The notes: a model not told the origin generated them from the sequence alone. DNA of 64,000 nt from Micavibrio sp. UBA5572 (GCA_002425415.1 DIMG01000033.1:5637-69636), one strand, 5' to 3'. Shown: positions 48,254-58,665, counted from the stretch's first letter. Made by a program: numbers and translations.

Positions 48254-48979
48254 TTAGTGAGAAACAAAATCCAACGCGCGTTGATAAACACCCATATCTG
48301 ACTTGCTAAAACGCCCTTGTTCTTGACCAGCAGCCAGTTTTTCGAGTGTAGGGTTGCCCGATGTCACAGCTTTTGCATTGGTCGCAAACGCAACATCCCC
48401 CTTCGCACAAGGTTCATCTCTGAAATAATTACAAACAGGGTTAATTTGAACCTCGGTATTCAAAGCCGTAATACTTTGCCCGTTATCAGCAAGAACATGT
48501 CTCGCCCCACTTGGTGATGGCTGTTCTATATAATCGTGTTGACCCATATCCGGACGACGAACGTCCCCTTGCCTAAATCTTCCATTAAATTGCGCAGAAG
48601 CTTCTTGAAAGCGATCATACTGACGACCCCCTTGATAACCGCCAACAACATACCCGCGATCCTGCGGATACTGCGCATAAGGATATTGTGAAGCACCCAC
48701 CGAATATCGATACCGATCTCCATACGCACCACCATCATACCCGCGATAACCGCCACCATATCCATAGATACCACGCAAAGCATCATATTCTTGATGCCGC
48801 GCAGCAGAAGTAAGGGGGCGGAACATATCATTAATCGTTCTACCAATCGCGTCACCAACCTGCCTATCCCAACCATCAAAGGCGTGGCGCCCAGCAAATC
48901 TATACCGAGCCTCAGCTTGCCTAACCGGTATAAGCATATGATCCCTCAATGGAGGCCGTCTACTAAAAAAATCTGACAT
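48254..48979 (-). CDS. hypothetical Gly/Tyr/Arg/Gln-rich low-complexity protein
   Basis: 241-aa ORF. The central tract is GIYGYGGGYRGYDGGAYGDRYRYSV...YPYAQYPQDRGYVVGGYQGGRQYDRF. No signal peptide. Confidence 0.55.
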   Translation of the reverse strand: MSDFFSRRPPLRDHMLIPVRQAEARYRFAGRHAFDGWDRQVGDAIGRTINDMFRPLTSAARHQEYDALRGIYGYGGGYRGYDGGAYGDRYRYSVGASQYPYAQYPQDRGYVVGGYQGGRQYDRFQEASAQFNGRFRQGDVRRPDMGQHDYIEQPSPSGARHVLADNGQSITALNTEVQINPVCNYFRDEPCAKGDVAFATNAKAVTSGNPTLEKLAAGQEQGRFSKSDMGVYQRALDFVSH

Positions 48980-49468
48980 AACACACCTCGAAAATCTTTT
49001 TAAAACAAAGATATAGATTTTTCTTATTCTTATTGAACTAATAATACATGATATATAGAAAACATGGCAAGAAAAAAGTCATCAGAACAAACTCAAGCGA
49101 CCTAAATCAAATAACTTTACTTCCATTTCTGTCCTTCTGAACGCCAGTGAAGAATCGCCGCGTCAGCCTAAAGTCTTCCTCGCAATGAACAACGGAGACA
49201 GTGAGCAGCATCGCCGCTCACCACCTGACCAAAGATTAACTTAAACCTGTGGAGCGTCAAATTTCATTGCTGCAGCAGCAACCTGAACAGGCGCAGTTTG
49301 TGCAGGCTGGGAAACAACATCGCCCTTATTGTCGGCCAAAAGCTGTGATGCCTTCGGCAAAACATCACTAGCATCACCGGAATAAGAAGGATCCTGCTTA
49401 GGGGGTGGATTTTTAAGCCCATCTTCATGCTTTCTTTTAATGGCATCCCAAGCACCACCAACGGCATC

Positions 49469-49699
49469 TTAACCTTGTTCAAGCATACTTTTTTCTGCTG
49501 GCCCCGCCTCTTTCTTAGGCTCTTGCGGATTGGGTCGAGTTGCCTCTCTGGCTTTTTCACGAACGCCTCTTTCTGCTGCCCGTCCAGTCTCTCGCACAGC
49601 ACCTTCAACAGGCTTAACAACAACATCCCGAACTACACCTTCTACGGCTCTCTCTGCGGCTCTCTTCGCCCCATTCACAACACCATCCAAAAATCCCAT
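49469..49699 (-). CDS. hypothetical 76-aa Ala/Arg/Glu/Val-rich protein (possibly the 5' part of a disrupted gene)
   Basis: ATG at 49699 lies 5 nt after GGAGGA. The sequence is MGFLDGVVNGAKRAAERAVEGVVRD...ending at TAA 49469-49471. The same frame stays open for 75 more codons to 49241. Confidence 0.45.
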   Translation of the reverse strand: MGFLDGVVNGAKRAAERAVEGVVRDVVVKPVEGAVRETGRAAERGVREKAREATRPNPQEPKKEAGPAEKSMLEQG

Positions 49700-49839
49700 A
49701 ATCATCCTCCGTATATATATTTCCAAATGAAAATATATATGGAAATAGTTAAGGCGGAATTAAAAAGAATGATTGGTAACAATACAAAACTTGCGTATTC
49801 TAAACGCCGTAAAAACCCATCCAATAAGATTGACCCGAC

Positions 49840-51285
49840 ATGACCGATGCCACATTTGATTTTCTTGCTCTTCCAGACGCTCTGATTCAAAAAAGCAAAG
49901 ACTTAAAAACCGTCCCACTTCATTTTGTCAAAACAAACCAATTCGAAAAATGGGTCAGCAAACAAAACGACCCTCTCAAAAACCAGTTTGCCCATTCCAA
50001 TTGGACTGCCAAAGACAGTACTTTTATCCAGACCCTCTCGGCAGAGGGACATATTAATGCGATTTATATTGGATACGAAGGACAAATCGGAATTTATACC
50101 ATTTGTGCCGCGGCAGAAAAAATCCCGCATGGCCAATACGAAATTGAAAGAAACAACCTGAAAGACGAAGAACTGGAAAACGCCTGTATCGGTTGGTTGC
50201 TTTCCTGTTACCAATTCTCGCACTATAAGAAATTAACAACAAAAATTTCCGAATTGGTTTTGCCTTCCAAAATCAACATCAATCGTATTGAATCAACCGC
50301 ACGCGCATCCTATCTGGTCAGAAACCTGATTAACCTGCCACCAAATGCGCTCGGCCCCCGAACTTTGGCCGAAACCGTTGCAACCGTTGCCAAAAATTTT
50401 GATGCCATGTTTCGTATTGTCGAAGATAAAGAACTCCTCGAAGAAAACCTCCCCTTGATCTACGCAGTCGGGGACGGCAGCGAACGCCGCCCATGCTTGG
50501 CGGAAATGGCTTGGGGCAATCCGAAACATCCAAAAGTCACATTGGTCGGAAAAGGCGTGTGCTTTGACACCGGTGGATATGACATTAAACCCAGCGCAGG
50601 CATGCTCTTAATGAAAAAAGACATGGGTGGCGCAGCCATGGCTTTAGCCACCGCACTCATGATTATGAGTGCAAAACTCCCCGTCTATCTTCGTCTGCTT
50701 ATTCCTTGCGTAGAAAATTCTGTTTCTGGCCGCGCCTATCGCCCAAGCGATATTCTAACATCCCGTTCGGGAACAACAGTCGAAATTGGAAACACCGATG
50801 CCGAAGGACGCCTCGTTCTGGCCGATTGCCTGACCATGGCCTGCGAAGAATCCCCTGACCTGCTGATTGACTTCGCAACTCTGACCGGAGCAGCCCATTA
50901 CGCGGTTGGCTACGACATGGGCGTTGTCTATTCCAATGATGAAAAACTGGGACATGATATTCAAAAACTGTCCATGCAACTGAATGACCCACTCTGGAAT
51001 CTTCCCCTGTGGAAAGATTATAAAAAAGACATTCTCTCACCCATTGCAGACATCAATAATGCAGGAAGTGGCAACCCCGCAGGTTCAATCACCGCAGCAC
51101 TCTTTCTCCAGCATTTTGTAACACCGGAAACAACGTGGGTTCACATTGACGAACGCGCTTGGCAAAACACCGCGCAACCAGGAAAATCACAAGGTGGAAA
51201 AGAAATGGGTATAAGAACTATCACAGCCCTGATCGAACAAAAATTTGCAAAAGCAAAACCGAAGAAAAAAGCCGTCAAGAAATAG
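49840..51285 (+). CDS. M17 leucyl aminopeptidase family protein
   Basis: NTDAEGRLVLAD signature, then VGKGVCFDTGGYDIKP and MKKDMGGAA. Confidence 0.9.
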   Translation: MTDATFDFLALPDALIQKSKDLKTVPLHFVKTNQFEKWVSKQNDPLKNQFAHSNWTAKDSTFIQTLSAEGHINAIYIGYEGQIGIYTICAAAEKIPHGQYEIERNNLKDEELENACIGWLLSCYQFSHYKKLTTKISELVLPSKININRIESTARASYLVRNLINLPPNALGPRTLAETVATVAKNFDAMFRIVEDKELLEENLPLIYAVGDGSERRPCLAEMAWGNPKHPKVTLVGKGVCFDTGGYDIKPSAGMLLMKKDMGGAAMALATALMIMSAKLPVYLRLLIPCVENSVSGRAYRPSDILTSRSGTTVEIGNTDAEGRLVLADCLTMACEESPDLLIDFATLTGAAHYAVGYDMGVVYSNDEKLGHDIQKLSMQLNDPLWNLPLWKDYKKDILSPIADINNAGSGNPAGSITAALFLQHFVTPETTWVHIDERAWQNTAQPGKSQGGKEMGIRTITALIEQKFAKAKPKKKAVKK

Positions 51286-52609
51286 ACTGTCCTGAAAAAA
51301 GCCCCAAATATTTCTGATATTCTCCGTCTTCGATAGAAACACGCAAGTGCACTTTCTCGCAAGACTCATCGTCTTGACGCTCAAGAATAGACGCATGACG
51401 ATGCAACCATGAAAAAGCCTTGCCATTGGACGCATCAATCGTAATAACCATCTCCGTCTGCGAGCCCATCATCGTTGCTTCGATAACCGACAACAAAACA
51501 TCCAGACCTTCACCGCTGACCGCAGAAACGGGAACTTGCCGACCCCGCATTTCGGGATCACGCAGCCAAGCCCCGAACCCCTGATCCCTATCCAACAAAT
51601 CAATTTTGTTAAAAACTTCGACAACGCGCGGATCAACATCATAATCAATCCCGAGATCTTTCAAAATAGAGATCACGTCAAGACGCTGATCCTCTGTCTC
51701 TGGTGACGAAATATCGCGCACATGTAAAATCACATCGGCGTATTGAACCTGCTCTAATGTGGCACGAAACGCAGCGATCAAATGGGTCGGCAAATCGGAA
51801 ATAAACCCGACCGTATCGGACAAAATCACATCGCGCCCACCAGGCATTTTCAATCGGCGCATCGTTGGATCAAGTGTAGCAAACAACAAATCCTCGGCAA
51901 AAACATCTGCACCGGTCAACGTGTTAAACAAAGTAGATTTTCCGGCATTGGTATAACCAACCAAGGCAACAACAGGAAATGGAACACGTTCACGGCTTCT
52001 GCGTTGAAGATCCCGATTTTTTCGCACCTGTTCCAACTGTAATTTCAAAGAGGTGATTTTATCGTCAATAATCCGGCGATCCAATTCAATCTGGGTTTCA
52101 CCTGGGCCTCCCATAAACCCTGCCCCGCCACGCTGACGCTCTAGGTGAGTCCATGACCGGACAAGCCGTGACCGTTGATAACTCAACGCAGCTAACTCGA
52201 CCTGCATTTTACCCTCACGGGTTTGAGCACGTTTGCCAAAAATTTCAAGGATAAGACCCGTCCGATCAATGACCTTGGACTTCCATTCAATTTCAAGATT
52301 GCGCTGTTGAACCGGAGATAAAGCCGCATTAACAATGATAACGGTAGGGTCGAACTCTTCGACCAAGGCAACAACGTCCTCACGAACGCCCTTGCCCAAA
52401 AAATGCCCCGCAGAAATCTTTCGGACATTGCACGACACAACATCCAGAATATCCAGATGGATTGCTTCGGCAAGTCCTGAGATTTCAGAAATCATAGACG
52501 CAGAATCACGACCAGAGGAGATTTGAGAATCCCCTTTGTGAAAAACCTGTAAAACGGGGTGAACAATTAAACAGGTTCCCCCTGCCGCTCCCCGTGTTTC
52601 ATCTGCCAT
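51275..52609 (-). CDS. hflX: GTPase HflX
   Basis: GYTNAGKSTLFN (G1) and DTVGFI. Its start overlaps the hfq stop (TAATG). Confidence 0.95.
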   Translation of the reverse strand: MADETRGAAGGTCLIVHPVLQVFHKGDSQISSGRDSASMISEISGLAEAIHLDILDVVSCNVRKISAGHFLGKGVREDVVALVEEFDPTVIIVNAALSPVQQRNLEIEWKSKVIDRTGLILEIFGKRAQTREGKMQVELAALSYQRSRLVRSWTHLERQRGGAGFMGGPGETQIELDRRIIDDKITSLKLQLEQVRKNRDLQRRSRERVPFPVVALVGYTNAGKSTLFNTLTGADVFAEDLLFATLDPTMRRLKMPGGRDVILSDTVGFISDLPTHLIAAFRATLEQVQYADVILHVRDISSPETEDQRLDVISILKDLGIDYDVDPRVVEVFNKIDLLDRDQGFGAWLRDPEMRGRQVPVSAVSGEGLDVLLSVIEATMMGSQTEMVITIDASNGKAFSWLHRHASILERQDDESCEKVHLRVSIEDGEYQKYLGLFSGQSIS

Positions 52610-52872
52610 TATTCGGATTTTGTTTCAACAACGTCGTCAGAATCATCACCATCATAAAGCGACAAAGGACCAGACGGCATAATGGTTGAGATAGCATGTT
52701 TATAAACAAGCTGGATGTGAGAATCACGTTTTAGCAATAAGCAAAAATTATCAAACCAAGTGACAATACCCTGCAACTTAACACCATTAACAAGAAATAC
52801 CGTCACAGTATGCTTTTCCTTGCGAATGCGGTTCAAAAACACATCCTGAATATTTTGGCTTTTCTCGTTCAT
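52609..52872 (-). CDS. hfq: RNA chaperone Hfq
   Basis: I chose the start at [14 protein letters not shown]. The Sm motifs read [23 protein letters not shown] and [11 protein letters not shown]. Confidence 0.95.
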   Translation of the reverse strand: MNEKSQNIQDVFLNRIRKEKHTVTVFLVNGVKLQGIVTWFDNFCLLLKRDSHIQLVYKHAISTIMPSGPLSLYDGDDSDDVVETKSE

Positions 52873-52970
52873 ATAATATTCTCCGCCATTATTTGCAGCC
52901 ATTGCTAAAATTATGACGCACCATAATCGACTGGAAGAAGGTCAGCAAGAGATATGTTGAAAAATAATAA

Positions 52971-53657
52971 CTAAATCTGAACCGAACGTATAAGAAATGG
53001 AAAGGAAGAATATGAAAAAGGATATATATTAACATTATGGCAATCTAATAAATTCCTTAATCCATGCTCAACAAACACAGGCACCATATTGGCAGCAATT
53101 GCAGCCTGCATATCCGTCTCGCTGTCTCCCACATACCAAACACACGCATCCGAAGAAACATCCATACGTTCACGAGCGAGTATTAAAGGGTCTGGCGCAG
53201 GCTTGTCCCGTGATGCCTCACCTGCCCCGATCAAACAAGTTAAAAAATGATCCCATTTCAAACAGGGAATTTCTTTAAGCAACAATTCATGCTTACGATT
53301 ACTCACCACGCCCATGGGAATTTTATGTTCGGCCAAAAAGGATAAAAACGCGTCGGCACCATCAATCGATACCAGATAATCCAGATGATGCTCCCGTGCA
53401 AAAGCATAAAATACGTCAAAGGCTTCATCTGCCTTTTCTCCGAAAATATCGGGAAACAAATCCCGCGCGGAACGGCGCATATTTGCCCTGATTTGATCTT
53501 CGGCAATGGCAGGCATTCCAAAATGATTGGTCAAATGATCGTAACACCTCTTTATCATCGGTAAACTATCAATCAGAGTTCCATCCCAGTCGAATAAAAC
53601 AGCATCAGGACGAGGAGGAACAAGATCATGCGCCAACGGCTTTGAGTGGTCGATCAT
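52971..53657 (-). CDS. HAD-superfamily hydrolase (phosphoglycolate phosphatase-like)
   Basis: Motif I FDWDGTLIDS, motif II VVSN, motif III-IV YVGDSETD. It overlaps the ntrX 3' end by 32 nt. Confidence 0.8.
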   Translation of the reverse strand: MIDHSKPLAHDLVPPRPDAVLFDWDGTLIDSLPMIKRCYDHLTNHFGMPAIAEDQIRANMRRSARDLFPDIFGEKADEAFDVFYAFAREHHLDYLVSIDGADAFLSFLAEHKIPMGVVSNRKHELLLKEIPCLKWDHFLTCLIGAGEASRDKPAPDPLILARERMDVSSDACVWYVGDSETDMQAAIAANMVPVFVEHGLRNLLDCHNVNIYPFSYSSFPFLIRSVQI

Positions 53658-55104
53658 CTTCAGCGCTCTCTTCTCTTTCTGATGTCGTAATATGAAGTGA
53701 TTTCAACTTACGGTGAAGAGCAGAACGCTCCATCCCCACAAATTGCGCCGTACGGGAAATATTTCCATTAAAACGAGTAATCTGTGCCAATAAATATTCC
53801 CGCTCAAAAACCTCTCGAGCCTCCCGCAACGGCAAAGAGATCATATCTGTCTGCCACTCTCCTTTTAAAGAAGCATGAACAAACTGCGTAATCTCCTGCG
53901 GCAATTCCGAAGACTGGATGGAAACAACATCTTCCCCATTTACCGGCTTCGGAGATGTTACAATCAACCATTCTACAAGATTTTTAAGCTGCCTGACATT
54001 TCCTGGCCACACATACCCTTGTAAAGCGACCAGAGCCCCTTCTGACAAAGAACGAATTGGAAATCCCCCAGAGGAATCCGACACCGTATTCCCTGATGCC
54101 TTCAAAGTTTGTTCCATAAAATATTCGATCAAGACCGGGATATCTTCCTTGCGATCCTGAAGACGTGGAATAGAAATAGGAACGACATTTAAACGATAAA
54201 ATAAATCTTCTCGAAACTCGCCACTAGCAATTTTATCTTCCAGACTTTGCGCTGTTGACGCCATAATACGCAAATCAACTTTAATCGGCATCTGCCCGTT
54301 CAAACGCGAAAATGACTGATCCTGAAGAACCCGCAAAATTTTTCCCTGCGTCTCCAAAGATAAATCTGCAACCTCATCCAGTAATAAAGTCCCTCCGTTA
54401 GCACGTTCAAGAACACCTGGAATAACCTGCCCCTTTTCCTCACGCCCGAACAGCTTTTCATCAAGACTTTCAGGGGTAAGGGACGCACAGTTAACCACGA
54501 TAAACGAAAATTTTGCCCGTGAAGAATGCTTGTGAATATAACGAGCAACAGCCTCCTTACCCGAACCGGACGAACCCGTAATCAAAACACGACTGTTTGT
54601 CGGAGCAATTTTATCCAATGACAAAACAAGGTTTTGAAAAATTTGAGACTCACCGATCAAATCTGCAGCCATATCTTCTTGAACCCGTAACACAGCGTTT
54701 TCACGCCGCAAAGCAGCCGCCTCAAGAGCCCGTTCAATCATCAACAACAAACGATCTGTTTTAAAAGGCTTCTCAATAAAATCATAAGCCCCGACCTTAA
54801 TCGCCTTAACCGCCGTCTCAATTGTTCCGTGTCCACTAATCATAACAACAGGAAGATCCGGATAATCTTTCTTGATTTTTTCAAGAATAGATAACCCGTC
54901 ATACTCGCTGTTTTTCAACCATATATCGAGAACAACCAAACCAAAGGAACGCTTGCTTAAAGCATTATAGACCTGAGAAGCACTCTCGGCTTGTCCGGTT
55001 CCATATCCTTCATCTTCCAAAATGCCAACAATCAACGACCGGATATCGGCTTCATCATCAACAATAAGAATATCTGCTCTGGATTTTGACATGCGATTAA
55101 CCAC
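53626..55104 (-). CDS. ntrX: NtrX-type response regulator (REC + AAA+ + HTH)
   Basis: ILIVDDE...VVLDIWL receiver, Walker A GSSGSGKE, no GAFTGA loop (as described for NtrX), and a C-terminal HTH. Confidence 0.85.
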   Translation of the reverse strand: MVNRMSKSRADILIVDDEADIRSLIVGILEDEGYGTGQAESASQVYNALSKRSFGLVVLDIWLKNSEYDGLSILEKIKKDYPDLPVVMISGHGTIETAVKAIKVGAYDFIEKPFKTDRLLLMIERALEAAALRRENAVLRVQEDMAADLIGESQIFQNLVLSLDKIAPTNSRVLITGSSGSGKEAVARYIHKHSSRAKFSFIVVNCASLTPESLDEKLFGREEKGQVIPGVLERANGGTLLLDEVADLSLETQGKILRVLQDQSFSRLNGQMPIKVDLRIMASTAQSLEDKIASGEFREDLFYRLNVVPISIPRLQDRKEDIPVLIEYFMEQTLKASGNTVSDSSGGFPIRSLSEGALVALQGYVWPGNVRQLKNLVEWLIVTSPKPVNGEDVVSIQSSELPQEITQFVHASLKGEWQTDMISLPLREAREVFEREYLLAQITRFNGNISRTAQFVGMERSALHRKLKSLHITTSEREESAEDDRPLKAVGA

Positions 55105-55119
55105 AATTAACTTGTTAAA

Positions 55120-57417
55120 CTAAACTTGCTCAAGTCGTTTCGAGCTCCCCAAAATAGGCAAAACCAAACATACGCTCGCTCCGCCCAAATCCTTCCAGTC
55201 CGAATTCAATCTTATCCGATCCGGCACACCAAAGGAAAGAACTCCATTATGATCTTCCATAATTTTTTTAACAATAGCCAATCCCAACCCTGTCCCCTTT
55301 TCCTTATAGGTAACATAGGGTTCTGTCAAAGATTCTGGATTGGTATCTTTTGGAAATCCCACACCATTATCATTTATCAAAATCTCAACAATACCACCGT
55401 CAAGATCGGGATAAACATTAAACCAAACACCAATCTCCGAAACACCTCCATCATCCCTTTTATGGTCTTCCAAAGACTCAACGGCATTTTGAATCAAATT
55501 TATCAAAGCTTGCCGGATTTGCTGCTCATCGCAACGCACAAAAGCCTCACGCTTGGCAGAAAAATCTGTTCCTGAAAACCGGATAGAAGAATGAGCCTGC
55601 TTTGCAAAAAACAAACAATCCATAGCCAGGCTGAATAAATCCACATCATGCATTTTAGGTTCCGGCATACGGGCAAAAGCCGAAAACTCGTTAACCATAT
55701 GCCCTATATCACCAACATGACGAATAATCGTATCAATACATTGACTAAACACCCGCTGATCGTCTTCCCCCAACTGAGACAGATATTTGCGCTTCAATCG
55801 TTCAGCCGACAACTGGATCGGCGTCAACGGGTTTTTGATTTCGTGGGCAATCCGCCGAGCAACATCCGCCCAAGCCACCTTGCGCTGCGCCGCTTGTACA
55901 TCCGTAATATCGTCAAACGTGATAACCGCACCAATATCCCTGTCACCCAATAACTCGATACCAACTCTTGCCATCAAAGTCCTGCGCCCTTTTTCCAAAG
56001 TCTGGACATAAACTTCCTTCTGGTGAACTTTATCGGGACGCGCATACGCTTGCTCGATCGAGTCAACAAGATCAGGCAATAAATCAGAAATATTGGACTT
56101 CAAAATAACTTCCGGCTTCTTACCGAAAATAGAAATAGCGGATGCATTGGCCAACGTCACCTGACCGTTTTTGTCCAAACTCAATACTCCCGAAGTAACC
56201 CCCGCCAAAATTGTTTCGGTAAACTGACGACGCTCATCAATGCGATGATTGGCTTGAATAAGCTCGTTTCGCTGATCATGAATTTGTCGCGTCATCCGGT
56301 TAAACGACCGCGCCAGATAGTCAAATTCCTCAAAACCACTATGATCCGGAACCACAGCTGTCAAATCCCCTTTGCGTACACGATCAGAGGCCTCGATCAA
56401 GGCCATAATCGGTGTAGCCAGCCGCCGCGCAAAAGCCAAGGCAAAGAAAACAGCCGAAAACAATAAAATCAACGCCACCACAATATAGATCATTGTGACT
56501 GTCCGGCGCAGCCCGATATACCGATCGGACATTTCATCATATTTTTTGACGGCTTCACGCGTTGTCGCCAAATGCTTAAGAACATTCGCTTCAACCAAAC
56601 GCCCGACAAACAAATACCCGTCAGGAACATCCGATAACCGAACCAATGCCTGCACACGGTCATCATCAACCGCCGTCAAAATAACAACATCTCCGCCATC
56701 CGCATTTTCAAGCATAAATTTAGGAATATCTTGTTCTAAAAACTCCGAAATATCGCCGGATTTTGCCAAAACCACTTTGTTCTTGTTAAAAACGACAACT
56801 TCCGACAAACCACGCAAAACCGTTTGGGTTTCAACAAATCTGGCAAAACCAGCCGGATTGGTATAAATCAGCGCAGCTTCATGATCCAAATCCTTGGCCA
56901 TCGCCATAATATCAGCCCGAATAACCTGATGGTGCTCTCGCAAATAAGACTCGGCAACTTCCTGAGATTCATTAACAGCCGTTCGCACACGATCACTAAA
57001 CCATGTCTGAACTCCATAATGAAAAAAGAACAATGAAAACACGGTCATAATGACAGCAGGTGCCATCGCCAAAAGACCAAAAATATAGACAAGCCGAATA
57101 TGAAGCCGTGCCCCGGGAATCCCGCGCCGCCATGTTGTAAACAAAGACACAACCCGTCTGGCAATCAAAATACCCAAAACACAAAGGATAATCAGATCAA
57201 TATTCAAAAGCCAGATCACCGCATCAGGATTGTCCCCAAATGGCGGCGCAGAGCGCAAAGCCGCATAAGTTGAAAAACCAGCAATAATCGCAAAGAAAAT
57301 AAACAAAACAGCCAAACGCCCATCCCATGACGAGCGCAAACGGCTGCGCATCCATAACAACCGGACGGGAACACGCATTGACCCAAGAAACCCCTGAGAA
57401 GACTTTGTTTTCAACAT
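55120..57417 (-). CDS. ntrY: NtrY-type sensor histidine kinase
   Basis: 765 aa with N-terminal TM helices, HAMP and PAS-like regions, H-box HEIKNPLTPIQL, and HATPase motifs NAVES, DNGVGF and GTGLGL. Confidence 0.85.
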   Translation of the reverse strand: MLKTKSSQGFLGSMRVPVRLLWMRSRLRSSWDGRLAVLFIFFAIIAGFSTYAALRSAPPFGDNPDAVIWLLNIDLIILCVLGILIARRVVSLFTTWRRGIPGARLHIRLVYIFGLLAMAPAVIMTVFSLFFFHYGVQTWFSDRVRTAVNESQEVAESYLREHHQVIRADIMAMAKDLDHEAALIYTNPAGFARFVETQTVLRGLSEVVVFNKNKVVLAKSGDISEFLEQDIPKFMLENADGGDVVILTAVDDDRVQALVRLSDVPDGYLFVGRLVEANVLKHLATTREAVKKYDEMSDRYIGLRRTVTMIYIVVALILLFSAVFFALAFARRLATPIMALIEASDRVRKGDLTAVVPDHSGFEEFDYLARSFNRMTRQIHDQRNELIQANHRIDERRQFTETILAGVTSGVLSLDKNGQVTLANASAISIFGKKPEVILKSNISDLLPDLVDSIEQAYARPDKVHQKEVYVQTLEKGRRTLMARVGIELLGDRDIGAVITFDDITDVQAAQRKVAWADVARRIAHEIKNPLTPIQLSAERLKRKYLSQLGEDDQRVFSQCIDTIIRHVGDIGHMVNEFSAFARMPEPKMHDVDLFSLAMDCLFFAKQAHSSIRFSGTDFSAKREAFVRCDEQQIRQALINLIQNAVESLEDHKRDDGGVSEIGVWFNVYPDLDGGIVEILINDNGVGFPKDTNPESLTEPYVTYKEKGTGLGLAIVKKIMEDHNGVLSFGVPDRIRLNSDWKDLGGASVCLVLPILGSSKRLEQV

Positions 57418-57469
57418 AAGGCGAAATATCCCTGTTCATAAACAAAAAAGCAAGTTAAACCATACTGTT

Positions 57470-58660
57470 ATGAAGCAATTCGATCCAGAAATCACGCCTT
57501 TTTCAGTGGTTATCGTTGCCGCAGGCTCCGGTACACGCATGAGTGCCGACATCCCCAAGCAATACCTGCCCTTATGTGGAAAACCAGTATTACGCCACAG
57601 CATAGATATTTTCCTAAACTGTACAGGATTAAAACAAATTACCATCGTGATTGATCCCACTCATCAGGAACTATACGAAATCGCAACAAAGGGGCTCGAC
57701 CTTCCCTCTCCTGTCCACGGAGGAGAAACCCGTCAAAAATCAGTTGCCAATGCATTGGCAACATTAAATCTGGAAGATAACGAATACGTCCTCATTCATG
57801 ATGCCGCCCGCCCTTGCATACAAAAAAAACAAATTCTGGAATTGGTCAAAGCACTCAAAACATACAAAGCCGCAACGCTAGCCGCCCCCATCACAGAAAC
57901 CATCAGAACAAAAGACAGCGACTTTCTAGGCGGGGTCATAGATCGTGAAACGCTCTTATCCCTTCAAACTCCTCAAGGGTTTCATTTTGGCGTTTTAAAA
58001 TCTGCGCATGAAAAACATCAAAATAGCTATTTCACGGATGACACATCACTTGTTGCACAAGACGGCATTCAAGTCGCAATCATACAATCCGATAAAACCA
58101 ATCTTAAAATTACAACCGCCGAAGATTTAGACATGGCCGCATTCTTGCTCGAAAAAGCATCCTGCTCTCCCATTATCAAAACAGCGATTGGCTTTGATGT
58201 CCACGCCTTTGGGGAGCGGGCATCATCCTTACGCATAGGCGGGATTGATATTCCTCACACTCATAAACTCGAAGGCCATTCCGATGCCGATGTCGTTCTC
58301 CACGCCATCACAGATGCCCTTTACGGAACAATTGGTGATGGAGACATCGGGTCACATTTTCCACCCAACGATCCGTCACACAAAGGAAAAGACAGTGCCT
58401 ATTTCCTCAAAGAAGCCCAAAACTCTGTTCAAGAAAAAGGCGGGATTATCACCCACATCGACACAACCATTATTTGTGAAACGCCTAAAATTACCCCACA
58501 CCGAGAATCCATGCGCCAACGCATATCGGAAATAATGGAATTGCCGATCTCCAGAATTTCTATCAAGGCCACCACCACCGAAAAACTCGGCTTTACCGGA
58601 CGCGGCGAAGGCATCGCCGCACAATCCATTGTTACAATTTCAATACAGGAAAGGATCTAA
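57470..58660 (+). CDS. ispDF: bifunctional IspD/IspF (MEP pathway)
   Basis: N-terminal VIVAAGSGTRM (IspD). C-terminal GFDVHAF and GHSDADV (IspF). Confidence 0.95.
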   Translation: MKQFDPEITPFSVVIVAAGSGTRMSADIPKQYLPLCGKPVLRHSIDIFLNCTGLKQITIVIDPTHQELYEIATKGLDLPSPVHGGETRQKSVANALATLNLEDNEYVLIHDAARPCIQKKQILELVKALKTYKAATLAAPITETIRTKDSDFLGGVIDRETLLSLQTPQGFHFGVLKSAHEKHQNSYFTDDTSLVAQDGIQVAIIQSDKTNLKITTAEDLDMAAFLLEKASCSPIIKTAIGFDVHAFGERASSLRIGGIDIPHTHKLEGHSDADVVLHAITDALYGTIGDGDIGSHFPPNDPSHKGKDSAYFLKEAQNSVQEKGGIITHIDTTIICETPKITPHRESMRQRISEIMELPISRISIKATTTEKLGFTGRGEGIAAQSIVTISIQERI

Positions 58661-58665
58661 AGATC

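Noticed and set aside
49264-49843. 120-aa minus-strand ORF (49264..49626) and 138-aa plus-strand ORF (49427..49843)
   Set aside because: These are alternative frames over the same locally GC-richer DNA as the SD-preceded 49699 ORF. They lack ribosome-binding sites and give implausible Leu/Arg/Cys-rich products.
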